A stretch of 35,130 bases of DNA from Nemertoderma westbladi (Eukaryota; Animalia; Xenacoelomorpha): contig JAUCBJ010005759.1 in NCBI GenBank assembly GCA_032718475.1, positions 1-35,130 of the forward strand, given 5' to 3'. The notes under the pieces were generated by a model. It saw only the letters and a program-made list of their open reading frames with translations, was not told the DNA's origin and did no database searches. Position numbers and translations under genes: made by a program. The number at the start of each line of letters is the position of its first letter. Within the stretch, counting starts at the first letter, position 1. Below are positions 10,802 to 23,577 of the stretch, in pieces.

Positions 10802-12924
10802 CTAGTCAAAATAAACAAAGAGATACAATGTACAAGGCAGCACAACACCTAGTCAAAATAAACAAAGAGAGACAATGTACAAGGTAGCACAACACCTAGT
10901 CAAAATAAACAAAGAGATACAATGTACAAGGCATCGCAACACCTAGTCAAAATAATCAAAGAGAGACAATGTACAAGGCATCGCAACACCTATAGTCAAA
11001 ATAATCAAAGAGAGACAATGTACAAGGCATCGCAACACCTAGTCAGAATAAACAAAGAGAGACAATGTACAAGGCATCGGAACACCTAGTCAGAATAAAC
11101 AAAGAGAGACAATGTACAAGGCATCGGAACACCTAGTCAGAATAAACAAAGAGAGACAATGTACAAGGCATCGCAACACCTAGTCAAAATAATCAAAGAG
11201 AGACAATGTACAAGGCATCGCAACACCTAGTCAAAATAATCAAAGAGAGACAATGTACAAGGCATCGCAACACCTATAGTCAAAATAATCAAAGAGAGAC
11301 AATGTACAAGGCATCGCAACACCTAGTCAGAATAAACAAAGAGAGACAATGTACAAGGCATCGCAACACCTAGTCAAAATAATCAAAGAGAGACAATGTA
11401 CAAGGCATCGCAACACCTATAGTCAAAATAATCAAAGAGAGGCAATGTACAAGGCATCGCAACACCTAGTCAGAATAAACAAAGAGAGACAATGTACAAG
11501 GCATCGGAACACCTAGTCAGAATAAACAAAGAGAGACAATGTACAAGGCATCGGAACACCTAGTCAGAATAAACAAAGAGAGACAATGTACAAGGCATCG
11601 CAACACCTAGTCAAAATAATCAAAGAGAGACAATGTACAAGGCATCGCAACACCTAGTCAAAATAAACAAAGAGAGACAATGTACAAGGCATCGCAACAC
11701 CTAGTCAAAATAATCAAAGAGAGACAATGTACAAGGCATCGCAACACCTATAGTCAAAATAATCAAAGAGAGACAATGTACAAGGCATCGCAACACCTAG
11801 TCAGAATAAACAAAGAGAGACAATGTACAAGGCATCGGAACACCTAGTCAGAATAAACAAAGAGAGACAATGTACAAGGCATCGGAACACCTAGTCAGAA
11901 TAAACAAAGAGAGACAATGTACAAGGCATCGGAACACCTAGTCAGAATAAACAAAGAGAGACAATGTACAAGATATCGCAACACCTAGTCAAAATAATCA
12001 AAGAGATACAATGTACAAGACATCGGAACACCTAGGCAATATAAACAAAGAGAGACAATGTACAAGGCATCGGAACACCTAGGCAAAATAAACAAAGAGA
12101 GACAATGTACAAGGCATCGCAACACCTAGTCAAAATAATCAAAGAGATACAATGTACAAGGCAGCACAACACCTAGTCAAAATAAACAAAGAGAGACAAT
12201 GTACAAGGCAGCACAACACCTAGTCAAAATACTCAAAGAGATACAATGTACAAGGCATCGCAACACCTAGTCAAAATAATCAAAGAGAGACAATGTACAA
12301 GGCATCGCAACACCTAGTCAAAATAAACAAAGAAAGACAATGTACAAGGCATCGGAACACCTAGTCAGAATAAACAAAGAGAGACAATGTACAAGATATC
12401 GCAACACCTAGTCAAAATAATCAAAGAGATACAATGTACAAGACATCGGAACACCTAGGCAATATAAACAAAGAGAGACAATGTACAAGGCATCGGAACA
12501 CATAGTCAGAATAAACAAAGAGAGACAATGTACAAGGCATCGCAACACCTAGTCAAACTAAACAAAGAGAGACAATGTACGAGACATCGGAACACCTAGT
12601 CAGAATAAACAAAGAGATACAATGTACAAGACATCGGAACACCTAGTCAGAATAAACAAAGAGATACAATGTACAAGACATCGGAACACCTAGTCAGAAT
12701 AAACAAAGAGATACAATGTACAAGGCATCGGAACACCTAGTCAGAATAAACAAAGAGAGACAATGTACAAGGCATCGCAACACCTAGTCAGAATAAACAA
12801 AGAGAGACAATGTACAAGGCAGCACAACACCTAGTCAAAATAAACAAAGAGATACAATGTACAAGGCATCGCAACACCTAGTCAGAATAAACAAAGAGAG
12901 ACAATGTACAAGGCAGCACAACAC
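10769..12924. repeat. 47-bp (some 49-bp) tandem array, ~46 copies, made of the exon F splice acceptor plus exon start
   Basis: Minus-strand unit TTTATTTTGACTAG|GTGTTGCGATGCCTTGTACATTGTCTCTCTTTG. The last copy overlaps the exon. Confidence 0.95.
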
Positions 12925-13203
12925 AACATAAAATAGAGCCATTTTGTCCATAACGCGCACACACTCCATTCCATGATCGCGATACACTTTATTACGAATA
13001 TTGGACTACGAATATACACCATGTCCCAGAATATAGTGTCGTAATTCAGTGACACGCCCCCCCCCCCCCCCCCCCCCCTAATTTTTCTACAAATCGTAAT
13101 GAGATTGCATGAAATATGAAACAGAGATAGTTTCACCTCCCGACCACTGACTGGGTGAGCCAGAATTTTTATTTTTGCTTTCAATCTTTAGCTACAAGCG
13201 TTT

Positions 13204-13800
13204 AAAAAAAGTGTCTCCAGCGATATTACACCAGTTACACCGCAGTTATTCGAATTTCAAATATGTAACATAATTTGAATTTCGTTGAAAAATAGCTGAG
13301 TTATGGGCAATCAAATGTTGCCTGGTTATGCACCGGCGCGAGGCTATTTTATTCTATTTAATAAATGCATCATAATCTGGAATATTTTGTTTATCCAAAT
13401 ACGTAGCTGGGCAACAATGCATTACATCTTTAATCATACTATTATGTAGCTATTCATACATTTAAAAAATGTTCCAGAATATGGTTTATTTATTAAATAG
13501 AATAAAATAGCCTCGCGCAGGTGCAAAACCATGCAACATTTGAACGCCCATATCTCAGCTATTTTTCAGCGAAATTCAAATTGTGTTACATATTTGTGAT
13601 CCTTGCAGGGCCAGCTTTCCATTTGTACCAACAAACAGCAATAAGGTAGAATAATAACTGCGGGGTAACTGGTGTAATATCGCTGGAGACACTTTTTTCT
13701 CGGACGTGTTATAAGTCCTCGGCTTCGCCTCGGACGTTATAACAGTCCTTGGACGAAATAATAGTTACTCGTACAAAATATCCGTAAAAAATAACAAATA
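13204..13800. mobile_element. palindromic non-autonomous DNA element (MITE/foldback)
   Basis: AAAAAAGTGTCTCCAGCGATATTACACCAGTTAC (~13205) is inverted at ~13665-13698. The arms continue inward to ~13390/13465. CTCGGCTTCGCCTCGG hairpin-like motif at ~13718. Confidence 0.75.
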
Positions 13801-13845
13801 ACAGTTCAATAAAGATAGTTATATCAATTTTATTTGATTAAGAGA

Positions 13846-14985
13846 AATGAATGAATGAATAAAAGTTATATTTATAGATACGGGTAGGTTATATATTAAT
13901 ATTACTATTATTAAGACTGGGACAGAATTTGTAGTGCAGTTTGTATATGGGGCGGGATTATTGCATAACCAACAAACACAGTCCGCCGTTGCCTTCCAGA
14001 CACTACTTTTGCTACAGACCAGGTGATGACACCCATTTGAGAGCATCAGTGCAGCTGCACGGCGACGAAAACCAGATAGAGCATCCAGCTGGATGTCACA
14101 ATCAGGATTATCGATGTTATCGATTGATTTCAGAATGGCAGAAGAGGAGGAGTACTTTACTTACTTACTCCGCACCAAAGTTTAAAATAAAAGGCTCTGA
14201 CCTTCTGAACATGTTCTAGACCGGAAACAGTTTCGTTGGCTACGAAAATATCGCACCCGTTGGTAACAGCTGGATATACAATGGTATGCCAGAGACGTTT
14301 AGCGGAGGTCAGGGATAATATAGACATATTAATCTTGGACGCTAGCAGTGCGCTGCATGCTAGGCCCCTTTTATGTAGGTGAGCGTAATCACAACCACAA
14401 GGTAAACACAAGGACCATTTTTTTGTCGAGAGAACAATTCCAAGATAATTAAAAGAGGCGACGAACTCTAGCTTGGAACCATTGTAAAGCAGTCGAAATT
14501 TTACAACTTTAGTTTTAGTAAGGTTAACATTTAGGTCATTTAGCCTGCAGTACTCATACAACTTATCAAGAGAATTTCGGAACTATTCTATTGAATTACC
14601 ATAAATTACAAGGTCATCAGCGTACATGATAATGAGACATCCGATTGTCTATCTACTAAAAATCATGGTAAATCAGCCACGAAAATACTAAATAAAAGGG
14701 GGGAACGTTAACCCTTGCACGACGCCAATTGTTTGTGCAATTGGCTGTAAGATATATGAACCAACACAAATATGAACAAAATTGGTGGCTATAAGAGCCC
14801 AAAAACACGATATGAAATGTTTACGGACTCCAAGGAGGTAATTTTAAGCATAATGATTGACAGTTTATAGAGTCAAAAGCCTTGGTGAAATCCACAAAAA
14901 CACAATGATCATGACCAGACCACTAGTTGGAAGAATTGATGTGCGTATATAATTGTATAGCAATTTGACAGCCACAATATTTTTT
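13846..14985 (-). mobile_element. 5'-truncated, frameshifted non-LTR retrotransposon (LINE) RT and C-terminus
   Basis: Minus strand: CVFVDFTKAFDS (~14900), GVVQG (~14720), IMYADDL (~14620), VNLTKTKVVKF, FNYLGIVL, Cys-rich CVCWLC end, and a (CATT)n tail at ~13850. Clade not determined. Confidence 0.88.
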
Positions 14986-15047
14986 AATGGGGGTTAAATA
15001 ATAATGATACGACAATATTATAATTATATAGAGACACAATCTTTTAC

Positions 15048-15300
15048 CTCGTTTTTGGTCTCAGCTGGTTGAGATATCCGAAGTAAGAGGCATTTATTGA
15101 GGAGCTTCCCAAAGAACTCCTCTAACGGCGCATTCCGGAACACGATATCTCGGAACCAGGGGTAATGTTGTTTGAGCTTATGCTGCAGAGCCGGAACTAC
15201 GGCAACGGGGGGCCCTTGTTGGCTGGGGTACGCGTAGTCTAACATCGTAAAGAAAACTCCCGCACTGAGGTTCTGACATTCAGGCTGCTCTCCATAGCGA
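15048..15300 (-). CDS. TMEM214: TMEM214 homologue, exon E (RYGEQPEC...FFTMLDYAYP...PAETKNE)
   Basis: ttgcag acceptor, GTAAAA donor, 253 nt, phase 2-0. Matches recalled human FFPLLDFAYMP...LQEQLCQLYPRLK...PPEMKKE. Confidence 0.9.
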
Positions 15301-15632
15301 CTGCAATACAAACGGTTTTATTATTTTTATAGCATAACATTGTAAAGTTATAATATGCTCATAAATAATTAGGACAGTTATGGACTTTGCTGCATAGACA
15401 CACACACACGTAATTGTAATCTATCTATTCCTGAGATTTTGAGAAAAACTGTAACTTAAAATCGTTTCTAAAAAGGAAACTAAAAAATTAACTGTCTGAA
15501 AGAACATTATCGAATGTATCATCAACCTCAACTATATTCCGACACCACATCATACTAAATGACGCCATTAACATTTGATGCTCCTAATCACGTTGTAAAG
15601 TTATCTTAAAGAATCACAACAATTGAACTCAC

Positions 15633-15820
15633 CTCACTAACTCATCCAAATAATTGACGGTAATCGGTACCAACGACTTGATACTCAGGAAATGGGAGAA
15701 GACATGGGACCACAGGGATATACCCACGTACAAAGATGAGAAACCGAACCAGGACAGACTCCACAGAATGCACATCGCTTTGGGGGTGTAGGTTAGGTTG
15801 GCCTGGATAGCGTCTGTCAC
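15633..15820 (-). CDS. TMEM214: TMEM214 homologue, exon D (VTDAIQ...PKAMCILWSLSWFGFSSLYVGISLW...IKSLVPITVNYLDELV)
   Basis: ccag acceptor, GTGAGT donor, 188 nt, phase 0-2. Matches recalled human AKCLTIMWALGQAGFANLTEGLKVW...IKSLSPFAITYLDRL. Confidence 0.92.
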
Positions 15821-15944
15821 CTGGATTATATTTCTCGGATTTTATAATAAGAAATCGTAGAGCTAAAAGTGAAACATTTTGCGCTCTTAATAAGCAATTG
15901 TTATACAGGGCGAAATCGGGAATAGAGCGTGTTCTATTAATCTC

Positions 15945-16258
15945 ACCTAGCTTGACAATTGAACGGAACCGCCTCCGCTTTGCAGGTCATTGCATTCACC
16001 GTGAGGAACAACCAGTGCATAATCTTGTGCTTTGGCGGCCTCCATGGAGTGAATAAGCATGGTGGACAGCCCATGACTTTCTTGAGAGTCAAATTAAAGG
16101 ACACTGGCCTTGAAGATACGGATGATCTAGCAAATGTACATGGGTGATAGGGGGTTGTGGCGGCGCAATTTTGTCGACAAGCCGGCCCAGCATTCTTAAT
16201 ATATATATGTAATATAACATAATGCAGCTGCAATGCAGCATGCCGATCGTAATAGTAG
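15945..16258 (+). mobile_element. 3' fragment of an RTE-like LINE
   Basis: RLRFAGHCIHREEQPVHNLVLW, then frameshifted GGQPMTF..LKDTGL..DL and DRGLWR, typical of RTE C-termini. A second copy lies inverted at 25450-25597. Confidence 0.7.
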
Positions 16259-16464
16259 GGAATAAAGCATCAATGAAGGCTAAATGAATGGACCATGCGA
16301 AGTATACCAGACTTTCTGCCGTTATATTTCACTTTGCAGTTACACCCATGTGAAGAATACCAGAAGACTTTCTGCATCTTAAATTTGATTACTCGTCACG
16401 TCATAGTTACATAGCTAAATAATAATAGTGAAATTAATTTCATTGTTAATATCAATAAACCTAC

Positions 16465-16694
16465 CGAGTCTAGAGTGAGTCCCAGTACAGCTGTCGGGTG
16501 AATGCTGGCAACCGCCTGGAGACAGACTCGGTACCCATAGCCAGGTCTGTGTTGGCCAGTTAAATCGATAACGCAAAGCAGACAATGATTGACGAAAGCT
16601 GACAGACAGTCAGCCCCCCCTGAGGTCTCCACATCATTTAAAGTCTTCAGAATCCAATGGCGAAGTTGCTTCGGACACATAGTGAAGTAGTTGC
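16465..16694 (-). CDS. TMEM214: TMEM214 homologue, exon C (NYFTMCPKQLRHWI...FVNHCL...YGYRVCLQAV)
   Basis: tttccag acceptor, GTAGGT donor, 230 nt, phase 1-0. Matches recalled human DYPYSLVSRELRGII...FFDHCL...HGYRICIQAI. Confidence 0.92.
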
Positions 16695-16772
16695 CTGGAA
16701 ACGGGAAGAAAATATAAATTTTTGATATTCTATAAAATGAAAAAGTCCGATAGGTATACTTATACTAAGTAG

Positions 16773-19700
16773 TTAATATTAGAGCTATCGAAGGTACAAT
16801 TAATATTAGAGCTATCGAAGGTACAATTAATATTAGAGCTATCGAAGGTACAATTAATATTAGAGCTATCGATGGTACAATTAATATTAGAGCTATCGAA
16901 GGTACAATTAATATTAGAGCTATCGAAGGTACAATTAATATTAGAGCTATCGATGGTACAATTAATATTAGAGCTATCGAAGGTACAATTAATATTAGAG
17001 CTATCGAGGTACAATTAATATTAGAGCTATCGAAGGTACAATTAATATTAGAGCTATCGAAGGTACAATTAATATTAGAGCTATCGAAGGTACAATTAAT
17101 ATTAGAGCTATCGAAGGTACAATTAATATTAGAGCTATCGAAGGTACAATTAATATTAGAGCTATCGAAGGTACAATTAATATTAGAGCTATCGAAGGTA
17201 CAATTAATATTAGAGCTATCGAAGGTACAATTAATATTAGAGCTATCGAAGGTACAATTAATATTAGAGCTATCGAAGGTACAATTAATATTAGAGCTAT
17301 CGAAGGTACAATTAATATTAGAGCTATCGAAGGTACAATTAATATTAGAGCTATCGAAGGTACAATTAATATTAGAGCTATCGAGGTACAATTAATATTA
17401 GAGCTATCGAAGGTACAATTAATATTAGAGCTATCGAAGGTACAATTAATATTAGAGCTATCGAAGGTACAATTAATATTAGAGCTATCGAAGGTACAAT
17501 TAATATTAGAGCTATCGAAGGTACAATTAATATTAGAGCTATCGAAGGTACAATTAATATTAGAGCTATCGAAGGTACAATTAATATTAGAGCTATCGAA
17601 GGTACAATTAATATTAGAGCTATCGAAGGTACAATTAATATTAGAGCTATCGAAGGTACAATTAATATTAGAGCTATCGAAGGTACAATTAATATTAGAG
17701 CTATCGAAGGTACAATTAATATTAGAGCTATCGAAGGTACAATTAATATTAGAGCTATCGAAGGTACAATTAATATTAGAGCTATCGAAGGTACAATTAA
17801 TATTAGAGCTATCGAAGGTACAATTAATATTAGAGCTATCGAAGGTACAATTAATATTAGAGCTATCGAAGGTACAATTAATATTAGAGCTATCGGAGGT
17901 ACAATTAATATTAGAGCTATCGAAGGTACAATTAATATTAGAGCTATCGAAGGTACAATTAATATTAGAGCTATCGAAGGTACAATTAATATTAGAGCTA
18001 TCGAAGGTACAATTAATATTAGAGCTATCGAAGGTACAATTAATATTAGAGCTATCGAAGGTACAATTAATATTAGAGCTATCGAAGGTACAATTAATAT
18101 TAGAGCTATCGAAGGTACAATTAATATTAGAGCTATCGAAGGTACAATTAATATTAGAGCTATCGAAGGTACAATTAATATTAGAGCTATCGAAGGTACA
18201 ATTAATATTAGAGCTATCGAAGGTACAATTAATATTAGAGCTATCGAAGGTACAATTAATATTAGAGCTATCGAAGGTACAATTAATATTAGAGCTATCG
18301 AAGGTACAATTAATATTAGAGCTATCGAAGGTACAATTAATATTAGAGCTATCGAAGGTACAATTAATATTAGAGCTATCGAAGGTACAATTAATATTAG
18401 AGCTATCGAAGGTACAATTAATATTAGAGCTATCGAAGGTACAATTAATATTAGAGCTATCGAAGGTACAATTAATATTAGAGCTATCGAAGGTACAATT
18501 AATATTAGAGCTATCGAAGGTACAATTAATATTAGAGCTATCGAAGGTACAATTAATATTAGAGCTATCGAAGGTACAATTAATATTAGAGCTATCGAAG
18601 GTACAATTAATATTAGAGCTATCGAAGGTACAATTAATATTAGAGCTATCGAAGGTACAATTAATATTAGAGCTATCGAAGGTACAATTAATATTAGAGC
18701 TATCGAAGGTACAATTAATATTAGAGCTATCGAAGGTACAATTAATATTAGAGCTATCGAAGGTACAATTAATATTAGAGCTATCGAAGGTACAATTAAT
18801 ATTAGAGCTATCGAAGGTACAATTAATATTAGAGCTATCGAAGGTACAATTAATATTAGAGCTATCGAAGGTACAATTAATATTAGAGCTATCGAAGGTA
18901 CAATTAATATTAGAGCTATCGAAGGTACAATTAATATTAGAGCTATCGAAGGTACAATTAATATTAGAGCTATCGGAGGTACAATTAATATTAGAGCTAT
19001 CGATGGTACAATTAATATTAGAGCTATCGAAGGTACAATTAATATTAGAGCTATCGAAGGTACAATTAATATTAGAGCTATCGAAGGTACAATTAATATT
19101 AGAGCTATCGATGGTACAATTAATATTAGAGCTATCGAAGGTACAATTAATATTAGAGCTATCGAAGGTACAATTAATATTAGAGCTATCGAAGGTACAA
19201 TTAATATTAGAGCTATCGATGGTACAATTAATATTAGAGCTATCGAAGGTACAATTAATATTAGAGCTATCGAAGGTACAATTAATATTAGAGCTATCGA
19301 AGGTACAATTAATATTAGAGCTATCGAAGGTACAATTAATATTAGAGCTATCGAAGGTACAATTAATATTAGAGCTATCGAAGGTACAATTAATATTAGA
19401 GCTATCGATGGTACAATTAATATTAGAGCTATCGAAGGTACAATTAATATTAGAGCTATCGAAGGTACAATTAATATTAGAGCTATCGAAGGTACAATTA
19501 ATATTAGAGCTATCGATGGTACAATTAATATTAGAGCTATCGATGGTACAATTAATATTAGAGCTATCGAAGGTACAATTAATATTAGAGCTATCGAAGG
19601 TACAATTAATATTAGAGCTATCGAAGGTACAATTAATATTAGAGCTATCGAAGGTACAATTAATATTAGAGCTATCGAAGGTACAATTAATATTAGAGCT

Positions 19701-21824
19701 ATCGAAGGTACAATTAATATTAGAGCTATCGAAGGTACAATTAATATTAGAGCTATCGAAGGTACAATTAATATTAGAGCTATCGAAGGTACAATTAATA
19801 TTAGAGCTATCGAAGGTACAATTAATATTAGAGCTATCGATGGTACAATTAATATTAGAGCTATCGATGGTACAATTAATATTAGAGCTATCGAAGGTAC
19901 AATTAATATTAGAGCTATCGAAGGTACAATTAATATTAGAGCTATCGAAGGTACAATTAATATTAGAGCTATCGATGGTACAATTAATATTAGAGCTATC
20001 GATGGTACAATTAATATTAGAGCTATCGAAGGTACAATTAATATTAGAGCTATCGAAGGTACAATTAATATTAGAGCTATCGAAGGTACAATTAATATTA
20101 GAGCTATCGATGGTACAATTAATATTAGAGCTATCGATGGTACAATTAATATTAGAGCTATCGAAGGTACAATTAATATTAGAGCTATCGAAGGTACAAT
20201 TAATATTAGAGCTATCGAAGGTACAATTAATATTAGAGCTATCGAAGGTACAATTAATATTAGAGCTATCGAAGGTACAATTAATATTAGAGCTATCGAA
20301 GGTACAATTAATATTAGAGCTATCGAAGGTACAATTAATATTAGAGCTATCGAAGGTACAATTAATATTAGAGCTATCGAAGGTACAATTAATATTAGAG
20401 CTATCGAAGGTACAATTAATATTAGAGCTATCGATGGTACAATTAATATTAGAGCTATCGAAGGTACAATTAATATTAGAGCTATCGATGGTACAATTAA
20501 TATTAGAGCTATCGAAGGTACAATTAATATTAGAGCTATCGAAGGTACAATTAATATTAGAGCTATCGAAGGTACAATTAATATTAGAGCTATCGAAGGT
20601 ACAATTAATATTAGAGCTATCGAAGGTACAATTAATATTAGAGCTATCGATGGTACAATTAATATTAGAGCTATCGATGGTACAATTAATATTAGAGCTA
20701 TCGAAGGTACAATTAATATTAGAGCTATCGAAGGTACAATTAATATTAGAGCTATCGAAGGTACAATTAATATTAGAGCTATCGAAGGTACAATTAATAT
20801 TAGAGCTATCGAAGGTACAATTAATATTAGAGCTATCGAAGGTACAATTAATATTAGAGCTATCGAAGGTACAATTAATATTAGAGCTATCGAAGGTACA
20901 ATTAATATTAGAGCTATCGAAGGTACAATTAATATTAGAGCTATCGAAGGTACAATTAATATTAGAGCTATCGATGGTACAATTAATATTAGAGCTATCG
21001 AAGGTACAATTAATATTAGAGCTATCGATGGTACAATTAATATTAGAGCTATCGAAGGTACAATTAATATTAGAGCTATCGAAGGTACAATTAATATTAG
21101 AGCTATCGAAGGTACAATTAATATTAGAGCTATCGAAGGTACAATTAATATTAGAGCTATCGAAGGTACAATTAATATTAGAGCTATCGATGGTACAATT
21201 AATATTAGAGCTATCGATGGTACAATTAATATTAGAGCTATCGAAGGTACAATTAATATTAGAGCTATCGAAGGTACAATTAATATTAGAGCTATCGAAG
21301 GTACAATTAATATTAGAGCTATCGAAGGTACAATTAATATTAGAGCTATCGAAGGTACAATTAATATTAGAGCTATCGAAGGTACAATTAATATTAGAGC
21401 TATCGAAGGTACAATTAATATTAGAGCTATCGAAGGTACAATTAATATTAGAGCTATCGAAGGTACAATTAATATTAGAGCTATCGAAGGTACAATTAAT
21501 ATTAGAGCTATCGATGGTACAATTAATATTAGAGCTATCGAAGGTACAATTAATATTAGAGCTATCGATGGTACAATTAATATTAGAGCTATCGAAGGTA
21601 CAATTAATATTAGAGCTATCGAAGGTACAATTAATATTAGAGCTATCGATGGTACAATTAATATTAGAGCTATCGAAGGTACAATTAATATTAGAGCTAT
21701 CGAAGGTACAATTAATATTAGAGCTATCGAAGGTACAATTAATATTAGAGCTATCGAAGGTACAATTAATATTAGAGCTATCGGAGGTACAATTAATATT
21801 AGAGCTATCGAAGGTACAATTAAT
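16773..21824. repeat. 27-bp satellite, ~187 copies (GAAGGTACAATTAATATTAGAGCTATC)
   Basis: Nearly invariant unit with A/T and A/G variants and two 1-bp deletion variants. Confidence 0.97.
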
Positions 21825-21834
21825 AAGTGAATTG

Positions 21835-23572
21835 TTGTGGGGCGAGTGACGCGGTGTATTAAATATACACGAAGTGGGGCCTTCGCGCAGCACGTGACTT
21901 AAATTTAATTTAAGTACTAATTCGAAAGTATTACTGTATTAGCAAATTTTAAGCAGATTTCGCCTAATCACTTTTTACCTCTTTCATTTCTATTCAGACA
22001 TTTCTGACTCTAGCGGTATAGTGAGAACTGAAGATGGATTAGGGTCTCCAGCCCCACAAAGACACAGCCTATGGATGAATAGTACATACGTACATCGGCC
22101 AAGTTTCATCTTGAATAACGGATAACGAAATGAGAGACGGATCTCACTTTCAGAAATTTCGTCGTATAGCGGCAGACCGATTAAATCTCCCCCCCCCCCC
22201 CCCCCCCCACAAAGACGCAGCATGTGGTCCAGAATATATGGCAAGATTCAGCTTAAACTGATTAAAATCAATGAGACGGGAGAATCTATTCACTTTCAGG
22301 CATAAAGTAGTCCTATAGCGGGTGACTGTTGAACTGATTTTCAACAAAACAAATTTTCAACTTGGCAGCTTTAAATTCGACAAAGTTATAAGCATGTCAA
22401 TATCATAACGACGACAACGATTTCACTTTCAGACATTTGGCCCTCTAGCGGCAGACTGGAGAACTGCAGATGGATTCGCCTCCTTTGAAAGTCACAGCTA
22501 ATGGTCTAATACATATCTGCCAAGTTTCAGCTTAAACGGATTAAAAGCAAAGAAATGGGAGGGCATTTAATGTTTAGACATGTGGCCCTCTAGCGGGAGA
22601 CCATTGCACTGATGGTGTCTGAAAGTCTCTCAAAAATCTCAACTTTAGCTCATATTGATACCTACAAATTTTCAACTTGGCAGCTTTAAATCCGACAAAG
22701 TTATTAGCATGTCAAAATCGTAACGACGACAACGATTTCACTTTCAGACCTTTGGCCCTCTAGCGGCAGACTGGAGAACTGCAGATGGATTCGCCTCCTT
22801 TGAAAGTCACAGCTAATGGTCTAATACATATCTGCCAAGTTTCAGCTTAAACGGATTAAAAGCAAAGAAATGGGAGGGCATTTAATGTTTAGACATGTGG
22901 CCCTCTAGCGGGAGACCATTGCACTGATGGTGTCTGAAAGTCTCTCAAAAATCTCAACTTTAGCTCATATTGATACCTACAAATTTTCAACTTGGCAGCT
23001 TTAAATCCGACAAAGTTATTAGCATGTCAAAATCGTAACGACGACAACGATTTCACTTTCAGACCTTTGGCCCTCTAGCGGCAGACTGGAGAACTGCAGA
23101 TGGATTCGCCTCCTTTGAAAGTCACAGCTAATGGTCTAATACATATCTGCCAAGTTTCAGCTTAAACGGATTAAAAGCAAAGAAATGGGAGGGCATTTAA
23201 TGTTTAGACATGTGGCCCTCTAGCGGGAGACCATTGCACTGATGGTGTCTGAAAGTCTCTCAAAAATCTCAACTTTTGCTCATATTGATACCTACAAATT
23301 TTCAACTTGGCAGCTTTAAATCCGACAAAGTTATTAGCATGTCAAAATCGTAACGACGACGACGACGACGACGACGACGACAACGACGACGACAACGACA
23401 ACGACGACGACGACGACAACGACGACGACGACGACGACAACTATTTGCATAAATTGACCCACCCCCTAACAGTGTCAATTCGCTAAGGCTCCGCCAACTT
23501 CGTGGCTCGCCCCACCCCCTAACAGTGTCAATTCGCTAAGGCTCCGCCAACTTCGTGGCTCGCCCCACAATG
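21835..23572 (+). mobile_element. DINE/HINE-like (Helentron-associated) non-autonomous element with internal tandem repeats
   Basis: Inverted ends TTGTGGGGCGAG...CTCGCCCCACAA. 315-bp repeats start at 22351, 22666, 22981 and 23296. (GAC/AAC)n microsatellite at ~23352-23440. 3' end duplicated with a 53-bp period. Confidence 0.7.
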
Positions 23573-23577
23573 TAAAT

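Noticed and set aside
10651-10848. 65-aa ORF as the exon reading frame
   Set aside because: This is the frameshifted product from the penultimate repeat unit. The TMEM214-like frame begins at 10801.
12882-13184. 100-aa ORF as a missing TMEM214 exon
   Set aside because: Exons E and F already join colinearly, and this ORF crosses a poly-G tract and repeat sequence.
15286-15300. 15-bp identity TCGCTATGGAGAGCA between the exon E start and the foldback MITE
   Set aside because: A 15-mer match is near chance expectation in a 35-kb self-comparison and does not extend.
16760-21893. 1630-aa (FDSSNINCT)n and 948-aa (KVQLILELS)n ORFs
   Set aside because: A stop-free 27-bp unit gives open frames on both strands. 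There is no synonymous-site variation pattern, 1-bp deletions shift the frame, and the array sits in a TMEM214 intron.
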